Source of the DNA: a virus
Taxonomy: Duplodnaviria; Caudoviricetes
IMG/VR virus record: IMGVR_UViG_3300012682_000003
Coordinates: 1-44,440 of that record
Strand: one strand, 5' to 3'
Length of the DNA: 44,440 nucleotides
The position numbers and the translations under genes are program-made. Shown piece by piece: positions 1-9,378 of the stretch. The first letter of the stretch is position 1; every line of letters starts with the position of its first letter. The notes beneath the pieces are model-generated. The model saw nothing but the letters and a program-made list of their open reading frames with translations. It had not been told where the DNA came from and did not search any database.

Positions 1-123
1 ATGACATAGCTGCATCATATGATCCCGCGTCTACACTTTCAAAGAAGCGAAACGCTTGTGCCTGTTTCAACTTATCAACACCTTGCACCATATCCGCAGC
101 ATTTGAAGCATTCATCAAACGTA
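1..123. repeat. Direct terminal repeat copy 1 (circular-assembly overlap)
   Basis: 1-123 (atgacatagc...ttcatcaaacgta) is identical to 44318-44440, so the unit length is 44317 bp. Confidence 0.97.
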
Positions 124-823
124 CACGCATTGATTCTTCTTGACGCGCAGCACGTTCAGAAAGAAATGGTGCCAACATTCTACCACGCGGAGAAGCTAGT
201 ACCGCGGATATATCCTTTCCTGAGAAACGTCCATTAAAGATTCCATCAACAATTTCGCGGGGATCGAGGTTCTTATTGCGCTCAAAAAAACCTTCAGCTT
301 CCTGCGAGATTGCCGTCTGAATTCCTGCTTCTGCTGCCGTTGATCTTTCGATAGCATTTCCAGCTTGTGACTTCCCTGTAGCTGCAATTGATTCAGTTTC
401 TTGCGGGTTCTTTTGGGCATAATTAATTCCTGCCTGTGCTGTCAGTTGTTTGAACTGATCGCTAGTTATCCCGCCCGGCGTAGTTCCAGCGACAGCCGTA
501 TTCGCACGAAACATTGTATTCGTCGGATCAGCCAAAGCAGTTTGCATAGCAGGACGCATTGCGTTATCAACCATCTGTCCAGTTGATTCCGGTCCAGCCG
601 CAAGTGTATTACCAAACTGTCCCAATCCAAGTTGCGCGCCCATCGCAGGATTGTTACGGAGCATATCCGTAAGCTGCTGTGCGAGTGCAGGATTAATAGC
701 AACCTGCTTCTTCAATGCTTCACGCATAGCATAACCGGGATCGTACATTTGTCCAATCGACTGAACTAAACTTGTAAGCGCAGGCGCGAGAAATGCATCA
801 GCACCGGGAAGGATTTGGACCAT
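1..823 (-). CDS. 5' part of a putative internal virion/DNA-ejection protein that spans the circular junction (about 483 aa in total, ending at 43689)
   Basis: Not in the ORF track. ATG at 823 follows AAGGGGAAG and reads MVQILPGADAFLAPALTSLVQSIGQMYDPG... It is in frame with ORF 43689..44435 once the overlap is collapsed (position 118 = 44435). Ala/Gln-rich, lies between ejection-type genes. Confidence 0.8.
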   Translation of the reverse strand, partial: MVQILPGADAFLAPALTSLVQSIGQMYDPGYAMREALKKQVAINPALAQQLTDMLRNNPAMGAQLGLGQFGNTLAAGPESTGQMVDNAMRPAMQTALADPTNTMFRANTAVAGTTPGGITSDQFKQLTAQAGINYAQKNPQETESIAATGKSQAGNAIERSTAAEAGIQTAISQEAEGFFERNKNLDPREIVDGIFNGRFSGKDISAVLASPRGRMLAPFLSERAARQEESMRVRLMNASNAADMVQGVDKLKQAQAFRFFESVDAGSYDAAMS

Positions 824-838
824 TGCTTTTTCTTCCCC

Positions 839-1471
839 TTAGCGGTTATAGAAATTCATGCTAGGAATATCGAACCCACCGAAGTTTGACATTCCTGGAA
901 GTTGTGCGCCACCGCCAAACATTCCACCTAACATTCCACCAAGTGGTCCGCCGGCAACAGCACCAAGAACTGGCGCAGCAGTTCCAAGAAACTGACTAAA
1001 TCCTGACGGCTGCATAACAGTTTCAGCCTGCGAAATTCCTTTGTTTGCAGTACCACTCATCATCTGCAACAGTGGCATGAGCGCCTGTAACTGTAGCCCA
1101 CCAATCGCCTGTGTCATTTTAGGTGCAGTCTCAGAACGCAACATCGCCTCTGCATAAGCGGCCGGCGTACCAAACGCTTGCCCACCCTGCTGTCCAAATC
1201 TTGCGCGCAGATTCTGTGCATCACGTTCGCTTTGCTTAGAAATCATTTGCTGCATACTTCCACCCATCTGGCCAGCGCCACCGGAAAGAATATCATTCAA
1301 GATACTAAACATTCCTTGTGACTGTCCAGTAGGATCGGCACCACCAAAACGTTGTCCAGCAGTTGTCGCGCCGAACGATCCCGTTTGTAGTGCACCCTGC
1401 AACATTTGTGTCCAGTCCTGACCCAATCCAACAGCAGGACCGCCGCCAACTGTTCTCTGATTCATGCCCAC
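839..1471 (-). CDS. Gly/Gln/Met-rich putative DNA-ejection (pilot) protein
   Basis: Gly-rich hydrophobic C-terminus (GAVAGGPLGGMLGGMFGG). Sits directly after nozzle-GNAT, as podovirus ejection genes do. Confidence 0.6.
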   Translation of the reverse strand: MGMNQRTVGGGPAVGLGQDWTQMLQGALQTGSFGATTAGQRFGGADPTGQSQGMFSILNDILSGGAGQMGGSMQQMISKQSERDAQNLRARFGQQGGQAFGTPAAYAEAMLRSETAPKMTQAIGGLQLQALMPLLQMMSGTANKGISQAETVMQPSGFSQFLGTAAPVLGAVAGGPLGGMLGGMFGGGAQLPGMSNFGGFDIPSMNFYNR

Positions 1472-2016
1472 TTTTCAGTCTCCTCGCGCAGTATGCCGTA
1501 AAGTTTAACATCAAACCACGCATCTTTGTACAGTGCAGCATTACGTAACTTTCCTTCACGATAGAACCCAACTGATTCTACGAAGTTACTTACTAACGAA
1601 CCAGCGTAAGCAGGAACCTCGGCAGAAACTCTAACGAACTGATACTTATTGAATACAAACTTAAGCATCTCGCGCACGAGTGGCACTCTACCAAAATGCT
1701 TGCGATCGAAGAATGTGTAATGTACCTTTGCCTTTACACCCGGCTCGATATGCGTTAGGTAGAACACGCCAATGAAATCATCTACGACCCAGAACAATCC
1801 GTTCGACTGGATTCCCTCTGGACCGTACGATACAAACAACTCGATAAACTTCTTGAAATCCCCGCGCAGTTCTTCGTTATAGAGAGTGCGGAACTTATTA
1901 GATTCTTCCCAAAATCGCTTTACATTCTCGGGACTCAGAACCATAGGTCGCACTTTCCTAATTACAACTCCATCATTCTCCTTGCAGGGGACAGCAAGAA
2001 TATAGTTATCATCCAT
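1462..2016 (-). CDS. GNAT (RimJ/RimL-like) acetyltransferase-fold protein of the tail/ejection module
   Basis: Motif FVESVGFYREGKLRNAALYKDAWFDVKLYGILREE. Likely start is ATG 2016 (MDDNY), overlapping the upstream stop. Confidence 0.8.
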   Translation of the reverse strand: MDDNYILAVPCKENDGVVIRKVRPMVLSPENVKRFWEESNKFRTLYNEELRGDFKKFIELFVSYGPEGIQSNGLFWVVDDFIGVFYLTHIEPGVKAKVHYTFFDRKHFGRVPLVREMLKFVFNKYQFVRVSAEVPAYAGSLVSNFVESVGFYREGKLRNAALYKDAWFDVKLYGILREETEKWA

Positions 2017-3634
2017 CAGATTTCCCGCCGGGGTAAACATGAATCTCAAATGCTACTAGCTCGAATAATCCATTAGATGCACGAACACGAAATGCAAACT
2101 TTCTAGTCTTGATGTTCTTATTGAAGATGAGAAGCTGCGTCTTATTAATCAAAACCGGAGTAACTGATTTAGCAACCTTCCAACTTCCATCCGTATCACC
2201 ACCGTCTTTAGAATACTCAAGTGTCAACGTGCACTGTTTGATTGGACGATAATCAATACGAACTTGTGCAATATAAGTATCTACTTCTGGTATGTTGAAT
2301 GTCTTTGTTGCTAGGACTGTTTCATAGATGAGTCCATCATTAGCTGACGTTGGTGTAAGTTGAGCATCTCTATCAGCGTTTGGATTTTCAAGTAGAATAT
2401 CTCCTGTGTTCTTACCAAACAAACGCGTCGATATATTGACCGCCGTTGGCGAGAGCGAATCAATCGTTCCTTGCAAGTTATCAATTGAACCAACCAGTTG
2501 ATCTATTGTGGTTCCCGCCGTTCCCAAATCGGTGTCGTCTAGTGAAGTAATTGAATCGTACTCCGAGAAAACCCAAGCCTTTGTGCGGAAGTTATATGTC
2601 CACGCTCGTACTAACGTAGAACCAACTTGCGGGATACAAACAGTGTACTCATTGAAAACGGGATTGTAAGAACCAAAGATATTTTTCGGATCAGTTACGT
2701 TCTTAATGATTTCCGATTCAACATTCTGTCCAATCCTATCAAGTTCTCCGCCCGGCGTATAAGCATAAACTCCCGCCGTTCGTGTATCAAGCCAAGCAAC
2801 CCCGCCCAGAATTACAGTGGCCGAGTGTGGCGCATCACAACCCACGCCCGGAATTGCTGCTTGGAAGTTAAACGGAAACTGTGCGATAGGTTGTTTGTAA
2901 CCAACCCAAACACTTTGTTCACGCAACACGATCAATACATTACTCAGTCCAAACACACCAGTTATGTAATCAGAAAGATCAGAAGGTGATTCAACAAGTG
3001 GACTGTTACCGGAAGATTCATCAGTAATTGGATTCCACTCTGCAATGTTTCCATCACCTGACCAACCAATTTGTACTTCATTCACACCACGTAATGCCGC
3101 GCCCACAACACGATTATAGAACCCCGTTACATACCGATACTTAGGCGCGTTACCAAGGTCAGCATGAGTTTCAGCTGCAAAATTAACAAGCTGAATCTCA
3201 TCTGCACCATTATTCGCAAACACTAAGTTATCAAGTACAAACGCTGTACTTATCCTATCGCTTACTGTTCCAGTTAATGCAGCTAGTGTTGTGTATGGAC
3301 TCCAACCAGCAGCTTGTCGTGAGTGTACAGTAGTTGGTGTGAAACGTAACGTATATGGAGAACCATTATTCTTTTTAATGAATAACGTCTTCAATACCGT
3401 TAGTGCGTTTGGTTTAATTGGAGTAAGTAATACAGTACCATATCTACGAGAAGTGCGATCGAAACGAACAGTAGCGTTCTTAGCAAGTTGCAGCGCACCA
3501 GTTGGAATATCAGAAGGATCAATCTGTGTAATCATTCCAAGATTCACACGTGCTTCTACAAACTTCTCCATCTTCATATTATCTGCCGCCGGCATCCTTT
3601 CCGGATTTACAGTCTTTGCAATCGTTCTAGCCAT
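2009..3634 (-). CDS. Tail tubular/nozzle (packaged-DNA stabilisation) protein, beta-propeller type
   Basis: 541 aa, beta-rich, with IGWS-GDG-W, GVGCDAPHS and WTYNFRTKAW segments. Position before GNAT and ejection genes matches P22 gp10/T7 gp12 analogues. Confidence 0.7.
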   Translation of the reverse strand: MARTIAKTVNPERMPAADNMKMEKFVEARVNLGMITQIDPSDIPTGALQLAKNATVRFDRTSRRYGTVLLTPIKPNALTVLKTLFIKKNNGSPYTLRFTPTTVHSRQAAGWSPYTTLAALTGTVSDRISTAFVLDNLVFANNGADEIQLVNFAAETHADLGNAPKYRYVTGFYNRVVGAALRGVNEVQIGWSGDGNIAEWNPITDESSGNSPLVESPSDLSDYITGVFGLSNVLIVLREQSVWVGYKQPIAQFPFNFQAAIPGVGCDAPHSATVILGGVAWLDTRTAGVYAYTPGGELDRIGQNVESEIIKNVTDPKNIFGSYNPVFNEYTVCIPQVGSTLVRAWTYNFRTKAWVFSEYDSITSLDDTDLGTAGTTIDQLVGSIDNLQGTIDSLSPTAVNISTRLFGKNTGDILLENPNADRDAQLTPTSANDGLIYETVLATKTFNIPEVDTYIAQVRIDYRPIKQCTLTLEYSKDGGDTDGSWKVAKSVTPVLINKTQLLIFNKNIKTRKFAFRVRASNGLFELVAFEIHVYPGGKSDG

Positions 3635-3654
3635 TCCTTCTCCTACTTAATGAA

Positions 3655-4254
3655 TTAGATGGTAGAACGAGAATCGGGAACAGTGTAAGTAACCTGCGCG
3701 CCGTAGAAATCAAATGTTGCACCTGTAGCACCGTTAGGCAAATCTAGGAACAGCACAAGATACTCGCCTTCAAGTATCAAAATACCCGGCGCAGTTATAA
3801 CAGGTATAAATGAATGGCGTCCTGCATTGTTATCAATACCAGTGAACAGTGGAACGTTAGTATTAGCTGTAGCGAAATGCCACTTGTAAATTGACCAAGT
3901 TAATCCTGCGAAACTTCGAAGAACATTAAATGCAATCTCTGTAACCGTAACTCCGACCGGCAAAATGATCGGGATATACATTGGGCCTGATCCTGCGTAC
4001 GATCCAACGGCTCCTAAAACAACTGCATCTACACCACTCTGCGCAGCATACGGAGAAATAACTTGACGCTTCGTTGTCTTACCAAGTAGCGTATCAGAAC
4101 CAACAATCGGACCGGGTTCAGTATCCCAATTCGGAAAAGCTTCTTTCAAACGCTCGTCAAGATCAACACGTAACTCACGAATTGCATCATCAATTTCTCG
4201 TGCGTCACGTGCACCAAGCGGAGCATTTACACTCCACGGTCTTGTTCTAGGCAT
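3655..4254 (-). CDS. Putative tail fibre/spike-associated virion protein
   Basis: N-terminal helical segment (DDAIRELRVDLDERL) followed by a beta-rich domain; in the tail cluster. Confidence 0.45.
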   Translation of the reverse strand: MPRTRPWSVNAPLGARDAREIDDAIRELRVDLDERLKEAFPNWDTEPGPIVGSDTLLGKTTKRQVISPYAAQSGVDAVVLGAVGSYAGSGPMYIPIILPVGVTVTEIAFNVLRSFAGLTWSIYKWHFATANTNVPLFTGIDNNAGRHSFIPVITAPGILILEGEYLVLFLDLPNGATGATFDFYGAQVTYTVPDSRSTI

Positions 4255-4592
4255 TAGGCATCCTCATACCAAATGTTAGCAAACTTCGTGAATCTATATA
4301 CTTTATTCAATCCAAGTAATTTATTAACTGCTGTGTTGGTGAAGATTCGAGTGCCGTGCGTGATCGTAGCTAAACCGTCGCCTAGAATTGTAATCGTTTG
4401 TCCTTCTTGTCCATCATCGAAGTTTGTTATTGTAACCGCGACCCCGCTAGAAACAATCACCTCCCGATTCAAGACTGATGGTGTAGTGTCCGCAGGTTTA
4501 AACTCATGCACAAATTTCTTATCAATGACAAGTTTCACTTGAGCACGTTCAATCCTTTCTTCCGTCGTTACTCTCTTTGTGGTCTCTGACAT
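4254..4592 (-). CDS. Hypothetical virion-associated beta-rich protein
   Basis: ORF translationally coupled to the downstream gene; TITNFDDGQEGQTITI resembles phage appendage domains. Confidence 0.5.
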   Translation of the reverse strand: MSETTKRVTTEERIERAQVKLVIDKKFVHEFKPADTTPSVLNREVIVSSGVAVTITNFDDGQEGQTITILGDGLATITHGTRIFTNTAVNKLLGLNKVYRFTKFANIWYEDA

Positions 4593-4601
4593 AATCTTAT
4601 T

Positions 4602-5105
4602 TTAGCAGACGACGTTGATATGATACCTTAACTTCCTAAGTCTAAACAACCAGCCTTTCAAAAACTCTAATGAAGTCGGCCTTCTCAATATTAAATTGAT
4701 ATAGAAGATTTCTCTTTCTCTCATGTACAATCTGATAACATCACGTGGGGATTGAGACTTCATTAATGCTAGTGTCTGTGGTCCAATATGTCCGTCAGCA
4801 ATTACGCCAATTGCGCGCTGTAGAAACTTTGCAGCTTGTGCAGGTCCACTATTAATTGCCGCGTCGAAATGCACAGTTGCAAGTTCTGGTGAGTAATCTG
4901 CAATAAGATCAGCGCGAGCACGAAGCCAAAACTCTGCGTATATCTTCTTTACTTCGGGCGGAGTAATGTTCTTTACATCTTTCTTACGTGAAGCATCGTA
5001 AACGTTTTGTGTGACCCCGAAGTTTGTGCGCCCACCGGGATCATTTGGATTATCTACAAATCCACCTTCTTCACGCAGTACGAAAGTATACGCAGAATCT
5101 AGCAT
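4602..5105 (-). CDS. Endolysin, glycoside hydrolase family 108 with C-terminal peptidoglycan-binding domain
   Basis: EGGFVDNPNDPGGRTNFGVT catalytic motif, plus FDAAINSG, LQRAIGV-ADG-IGPQT and FLKGW-R. Confidence 0.93.
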   Translation of the reverse strand: MLDSAYTFVLREEGGFVDNPNDPGGRTNFGVTQNVYDASRKKDVKNITPPEVKKIYAEFWLRARADLIADYSPELATVHFDAAINSGPAQAAKFLQRAIGVIADGHIGPQTLALMKSQSPRDVIRLYMREREIFYINLILRRPTSLEFLKGWLFRLRKLRYHINVVC

Positions 5106-5599
5106 TAAGAATTCTCCTTTTGTTTCAATGCTAACCGTAACGTAGTCTCCTGCTCAACTAAACGCTTATCAATATTGTGTAGCAACTCAATTATTCTACT
5201 AAGTTCCTTTTCTACGTTCGTGTACTTTTCACCAAGCCTAGCAATGTCTTTATCTTGTACGCTGTTTTCGTGCGTAGCGGCATTTGCCATAGCTGTGACA
5301 GCCACAATATCTCTCGTGTTTGCGATACAACCAGATTCAATTTCATTAGCACGTTCGCCAACGCCGTCAATGTCAGTTACTAATTGTTTCGTCAGTGCAA
5401 CCAATTTGTCATCAAGTGTTTTGTCAGCTTCACGAAATGGTCCTTGCATCACCTTCCAAAAGAACGTGCCGAGCGGACCAACAATCGCAACGATGAGCGC
5501 ACCTAGTTTAATAATCCCGTCCCAATCATTTGTGAAGAACGGATTATTAGCCCGCGGCGTTGCTTGCACTAGTAACATTAGATAAGTTAACATGCTCAC
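5105..5599 (-). CDS. Membrane-anchored coiled-coil protein next to the endolysin (holin/lysis accessory candidate)
   Basis: One TM segment (IIKLGALIVAIVGPLGTFFW) followed by heptad repeats; TAATG-coupled to the endolysin. Confidence 0.5.
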   Translation of the reverse strand: MSMLTYLMLLVQATPRANNPFFTNDWDGIIKLGALIVAIVGPLGTFFWKVMQGPFREADKTLDDKLVALTKQLVTDIDGVGERANEIESGCIANTRDIVAVTAMANAATHENSVQDKDIARLGEKYTNVEKELSRIIELLHNIDKRLVEQETTLRLALKQKENS

Positions 5600-5611
5600 T
5601 CTCGTTTAAAC

Positions 5612-6751
5612 TCAAACAACAGCTGTAGATACAACCGCACCCGTGTCGCTAACTGTAAGACGATAACGTGAACCATTCGTGGACTTCAAGATAAGTCCCC
5701 TATTAGCCGTAGTAATTTCGGCATCGTCAGTAAACTTAGATAGTCCAGTTACTTCAAGCGGAACAGTCGGTGCGACAAGCGAACCAATTCCAAGTTTACC
5801 TGCGATTGCATTATTAACTGTAGAACCGTCAACATACAATCCAAATACATTCGTGGACTGTGTACGTGCGAGGTTCTCGATATGTAAACCGTACAAATTT
5901 GTGTTTGGTCCAGCACCTTCCAATGGCACAACACGTAAACCTGCTATTGTAGTAACAAGTCCAGTACCTTGATGAATCATACGTGCACGTAAAGCTATTG
6001 CAGTCGTCATCGTACCCGTACTATATTGCTGAACTAATGCACTACCACCAATCATAGTAGTACAATTACCAACATTACTACCAGAGAAATTTATACCTAC
6101 TATATTAGTGGCAATACCCGCAGCATTGTTGTTTGTCACACTCATCGACAAACCTTGCATATCACTAACAATTGTTGCGACGCGATGCGTTATACTCATT
6201 GATGCGCCATACATACCGTTTGCAGCATTAACTGAAGTCGTAAGATTATCAACAGTTACAGCCAAGCCAGTTTGATTTAAGAAGTTACCGCCACTTGGAG
6301 CGGCAGCAAGATTCCAACCATTACGTATAGCAATAGAAGTTGGAGCTTTCGGCGCAAGCAAAAGTGTTTCTCTTACTTGCAAAATCTGAATGGCTGCTGT
6401 ACGCACAATAGGTGCATCAATTCCAAAACTTCCGTCAGCACCATTAAACAATCCATTCACATTCAAGTTGCCTGTTACTGTTCCGCCACTTTTCAATAAG
6501 TAGAGTGCATCATTTTCTACTTTAGTATACGCATCACTAATACCATAACCACCTAACGTCGTGGGTAATCCTAATAGTTCAGCGAATGTAATGGCACCAG
6601 CGGCGCGGAATCCTAGAAAGTCTACATCAGGATTCAATCCACTCGCAATTATAATCTCACGCAGCGGACGATTAGTTACATCGGCACGCCCATAGATATC
6701 ATTTCGCGCAATAGCAAATTCACCAGCTTGTACCCAATTAATAAGTGTCAC
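5612..6751 (-). CDS. Tail fibre / receptor-binding protein
   Basis: PTTLGGYGISDAYTK and YLLKSGGTVTGNL are typical fibre repeats; Thr/Asn/Gly-rich; C-terminal GLILKS-NG-RYRLTVSDTG. Confidence 0.75.
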   Translation of the reverse strand: MTLINWVQAGEFAIARNDIYGRADVTNRPLREIIIASGLNPDVDFLGFRAAGAITFAELLGLPTTLGGYGISDAYTKVENDALYLLKSGGTVTGNLNVNGLFNGADGSFGIDAPIVRTAAIQILQVRETLLLAPKAPTSIAIRNGWNLAAAPSGGNFLNQTGLAVTVDNLTTSVNAANGMYGASMSITHRVATIVSDMQGLSMSVTNNNAAGIATNIVGINFSGSNVGNCTTMIGGSALVQQYSTGTMTTAIALRARMIHQGTGLVTTIAGLRVVPLEGAGPNTNLYGLHIENLARTQSTNVFGLYVDGSTVNNAIAGKLGIGSLVAPTVPLEVTGLSKFTDDAEITTANRGLILKSTNGSRYRLTVSDTGAVVSTAVV

Positions 6752-7275
6752 AAGTACCTCGTGAATCCGTCGTATTTGAAGAAACTGTAACGCGCTGTGA
6801 CAGCTTGATAGTTACCATCGGCAGCAGTTACTAAGATGCTCACACCACTTTCTTTTTCACCAAACGCACTTACGATAGGACAAGGTTCGGCTGGAGAAAA
6901 CACACTTACTATTGCACAAGTCTCACGTTCTAATATGACTAAGTTGCCACAAAGTTCACGATCAAAGTTCTCATCCAACTTCGGAAGTGTAATCGCATCA
7001 ATTAACAAAACACCGTATGCTTCCGGCAATATCAGCGAAAGTCGAAAACCAAATGAATCAGTAGCGAATCCCGCGCCGACCGTTGAGTATCCGTTGCCAA
7101 GTTTCTTTTCCGTTTGGCTCGGCAATTCATCCGGCTCATTAATCCATTCACTTTCTGCTAGCCCATCAGAATACAAACCGATATGTGGAAGCGGAAGTAA
7201 CACCGGCACCACAGGTTTGTTTACATTGTTAGCTTGTAAAAGAAAACCTGTGGCCGGTATCACACTCTCCCCCAT
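6748..7275 (-). CDS. Hypothetical protein in the fibre cluster
   Basis: ORF overlapping both neighbours within the operon. Confidence 0.55.
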   Translation of the reverse strand: MGESVIPATGFLLQANNVNKPVVPVLLPLPHIGLYSDGLAESEWINEPDELPSQTEKKLGNGYSTVGAGFATDSFGFRLSLILPEAYGVLLIDAITLPKLDENFDRELCGNLVILERETCAIVSVFSPAEPCPIVSAFGEKESGVSILVTAADGNYQAVTARYSFFKYDGFTRYL

Positions 7276-8216
7276 GCGTGACGAACAACAAGAGTCAAAC
7301 GCTTCGTATTAATCTTCGGAATCCCCACACCGAAATCAGTTTGAAACGTACGCGCGAGTGCAGAGTTTCCTGTGGTCCAGTAACTTGCAGAACGCACACC
7401 GCCAGTTAAGTTACCAATCGCGGGATCGAATACGTGTGTAACATCACGAAAGTAATTGCCATTAACATATGCCGAAGCAGTTGCACTTGTATTTGTTGCA
7501 GCTTCTGCTCCACCGGGCGCACCAGTTGATACACCGATTGCACCATTATGTACAACCATTGATGCGGGAGATAAGCCACGGAAATCACCAAATTGATCGT
7601 TAGACCAAAAGCTTCCTACGTTTGCCGGTCGGGTTACTGTATTATACAAAACAGAATCAATCGTAACCGTACCCGCAAGATCACCTGGAATATTAATTCT
7701 CAGTTCATACGTGATGCGTAACTGATCCGCAGACGTTTTTGTAATGACAGTTGTAACGCCGTTAATATCCTTAAAGAGTTGTCGCGTCCACATCGGCGCA
7801 CCAACTTGTAAACCAAACAAACCTAGTTCGGAAAGATTACCATTACCTTCCGCTTCAAGCAAGAGTCGTGTGCGTTTCTGAAAACTGTAAGCGTTCGCTG
7901 CACCATAACCAAATGTATCAGCGAATCCACCATTGTTATTAACTCGCGTACCAATTTGTGCACCTAACTGTACGTCTGCATTTGTAGGCGCAACCGCACC
8001 AGTTCCAACACCAAGCCACACATACATATTCTGTAGATTGTTTCCTGCGCCAATACCATCTAATCCCGCGTTTACAATTAGATTCTTAAACTTCAATTCC
8101 TGTTTCACTTCTTGCGTCTTTGCATCTAGAAGTTCAACATGGAAATGTCCCTCCAGTTGCGGAATCGGAGTAGGCAAGAGAATCTCTTGACTTCTACTTA
8201 TAATCAAGTTGCTCAT
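7260..8216 (-). CDS. Putative tail fibre/appendage structural protein
   Basis: NLIVNAGLD...GVGTG...PT..D..L and GNLSELGL motifs are typical of phage fibre/appendage proteins. Confidence 0.6.
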   Translation of the reverse strand: MSNLIISRSQEILLPTPIPQLEGHFHVELLDAKTQEVKQELKFKNLIVNAGLDGIGAGNNLQNMYVWLGVGTGAVAPTNADVQLGAQIGTRVNNNGGFADTFGYGAANAYSFQKRTRLLLEAEGNGNLSELGLFGLQVGAPMWTRQLFKDINGVTTVITKTSADQLRITYELRINIPGDLAGTVTIDSVLYNTVTRPANVGSFWSNDQFGDFRGLSPASMVVHNGAIGVSTGAPGGAEAATNTSATASAYVNGNYFRDVTHVFDPAIGNLTGGVRSASYWTTGNSALARTFQTDFGVGIPKINTKRLTLVVRHAWGRV

Positions 8217-8232
8217 TTTTATTTAGTAGAAG

Positions 8233-9363
8233 TTAAGGGAAGATCGCCAATGTTCCACTTTGCACACTAGCTTGTGCCGAAAGCGTTTCAATCTCAGCAT
8301 CGTCAAGAATAACTATCAGTATCAAAATACCCGACCGCATCGAACCCGTAGCAGAAAGCGTTTCAATCTCCGCGTTGTTAAGAATAAGCGGAAGCACCAA
8401 CAATCCACTTTGAATCGAAGCCTGCGTAGAAACCGTTTCAATTGCAGCATTACTTATAATGATAGGATCAGTTAACGTACCGCTTCGCACACTACCAATA
8501 ACAGTTAATGAATCACTAGCATCAGAAGTAATAACAACCAACAACAATACACCAGACAGAACAGCGGAAAATACTTCAACGATTTCGGGCGGTAGTATTT
8601 GGGGGTAGAGGGCCGACTCAATATGAAAAACTTCGTACGTCCCTGAAGCGAGGAATCTTTCGGAGTAAACAATATGGATTCTACTGTCCGTTGCTTTGAC
8701 AATGTCTTCCAAATACTTGTTCGCAACAACTGTAATTGGAGTGTCATATATAGTTAGGTATCTGTCACGTTGTTGCCGGTAGACGATCTTATTAAGTGAG
8801 TCTGATACGTAAAAGAACAGTACGTCAGAATCAGTAATGTCGTCTGGATTATCCAGCAATACTCTTGGATTCCTACCGTTCCCGAAACTAACAAACTCGT
8901 ACGCAGCGATAAGTGAATTATAATAGTAGAGCCAAACATCATTACCGCGTTGAGCAGTTACGACAAGTCTACCAAACTGATCGAATCCTGCATCTACTTC
9001 ACTTACTGCTACTCCTTCATATGTAAGTAAGAGAGTGTCAGGAAGCCAATCGTCTTTAGTAAGTGTCTCGCGTGCGTAGTAAATAGATGAGTTGAGAATT
9101 CGAATACGCCATACATAAGGAATAATCCCGGCTGACGTATCTCCAATCGCTATCGGTCCAAATGTAAATGACGTTAGGTAATTAAACGAAATTGCATCGG
9201 GTCTACGTGTTAAACTTAGTTGAATTAAGTTGCGTGTCGTTGTATCAAATTCGCTAGCAAATTCTCTGCGTCCTGTGCTGTAATTAACAGCCGGCGTACT
9301 CGGGAACTGGAGCGAATCTTCCTCGGCTTGGAAACCTGTTGGAAGTGTTCTTTCGCAAGACAT
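8233..9363 (-). CDS. Putative tail-associated protein with C-terminal ~25-aa repeats
   Basis: Beta-rich N-terminal part; repeated xAEIETLSxxxSxxSGxL units with a 75-nt period at 8281/8356/8431. Confidence 0.6.
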   Translation of the reverse strand: MSCERTLPTGFQAEEDSLQFPSTPAVNYSTGRREFASEFDTTTRNLIQLSLTRRPDAISFNYLTSFTFGPIAIGDTSAGIIPYVWRIRILNSSIYYARETLTKDDWLPDTLLLTYEGVAVSEVDAGFDQFGRLVVTAQRGNDVWLYYYNSLIAAYEFVSFGNGRNPRVLLDNPDDITDSDVLFFYVSDSLNKIVYRQQRDRYLTIYDTPITVVANKYLEDIVKATDSRIHIVYSERFLASGTYEVFHIESALYPQILPPEIVEVFSAVLSGVLLLVVITSDASDSLTVIGSVRSGTLTDPIIISNAAIETVSTQASIQSGLLVLPLILNNAEIETLSATGSMRSGILILIVILDDAEIETLSAQASVQSGTLAIFP

Positions 9364-9378
9364 TTCACTTCCTCAGGT

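Noticed and set aside
5612-9363. Diversity-generating retroelement or invertible fibre cassette
   Set aside because: No reverse transcriptase or invertase, and no TR/VR pair or flanking inverted repeats were seen
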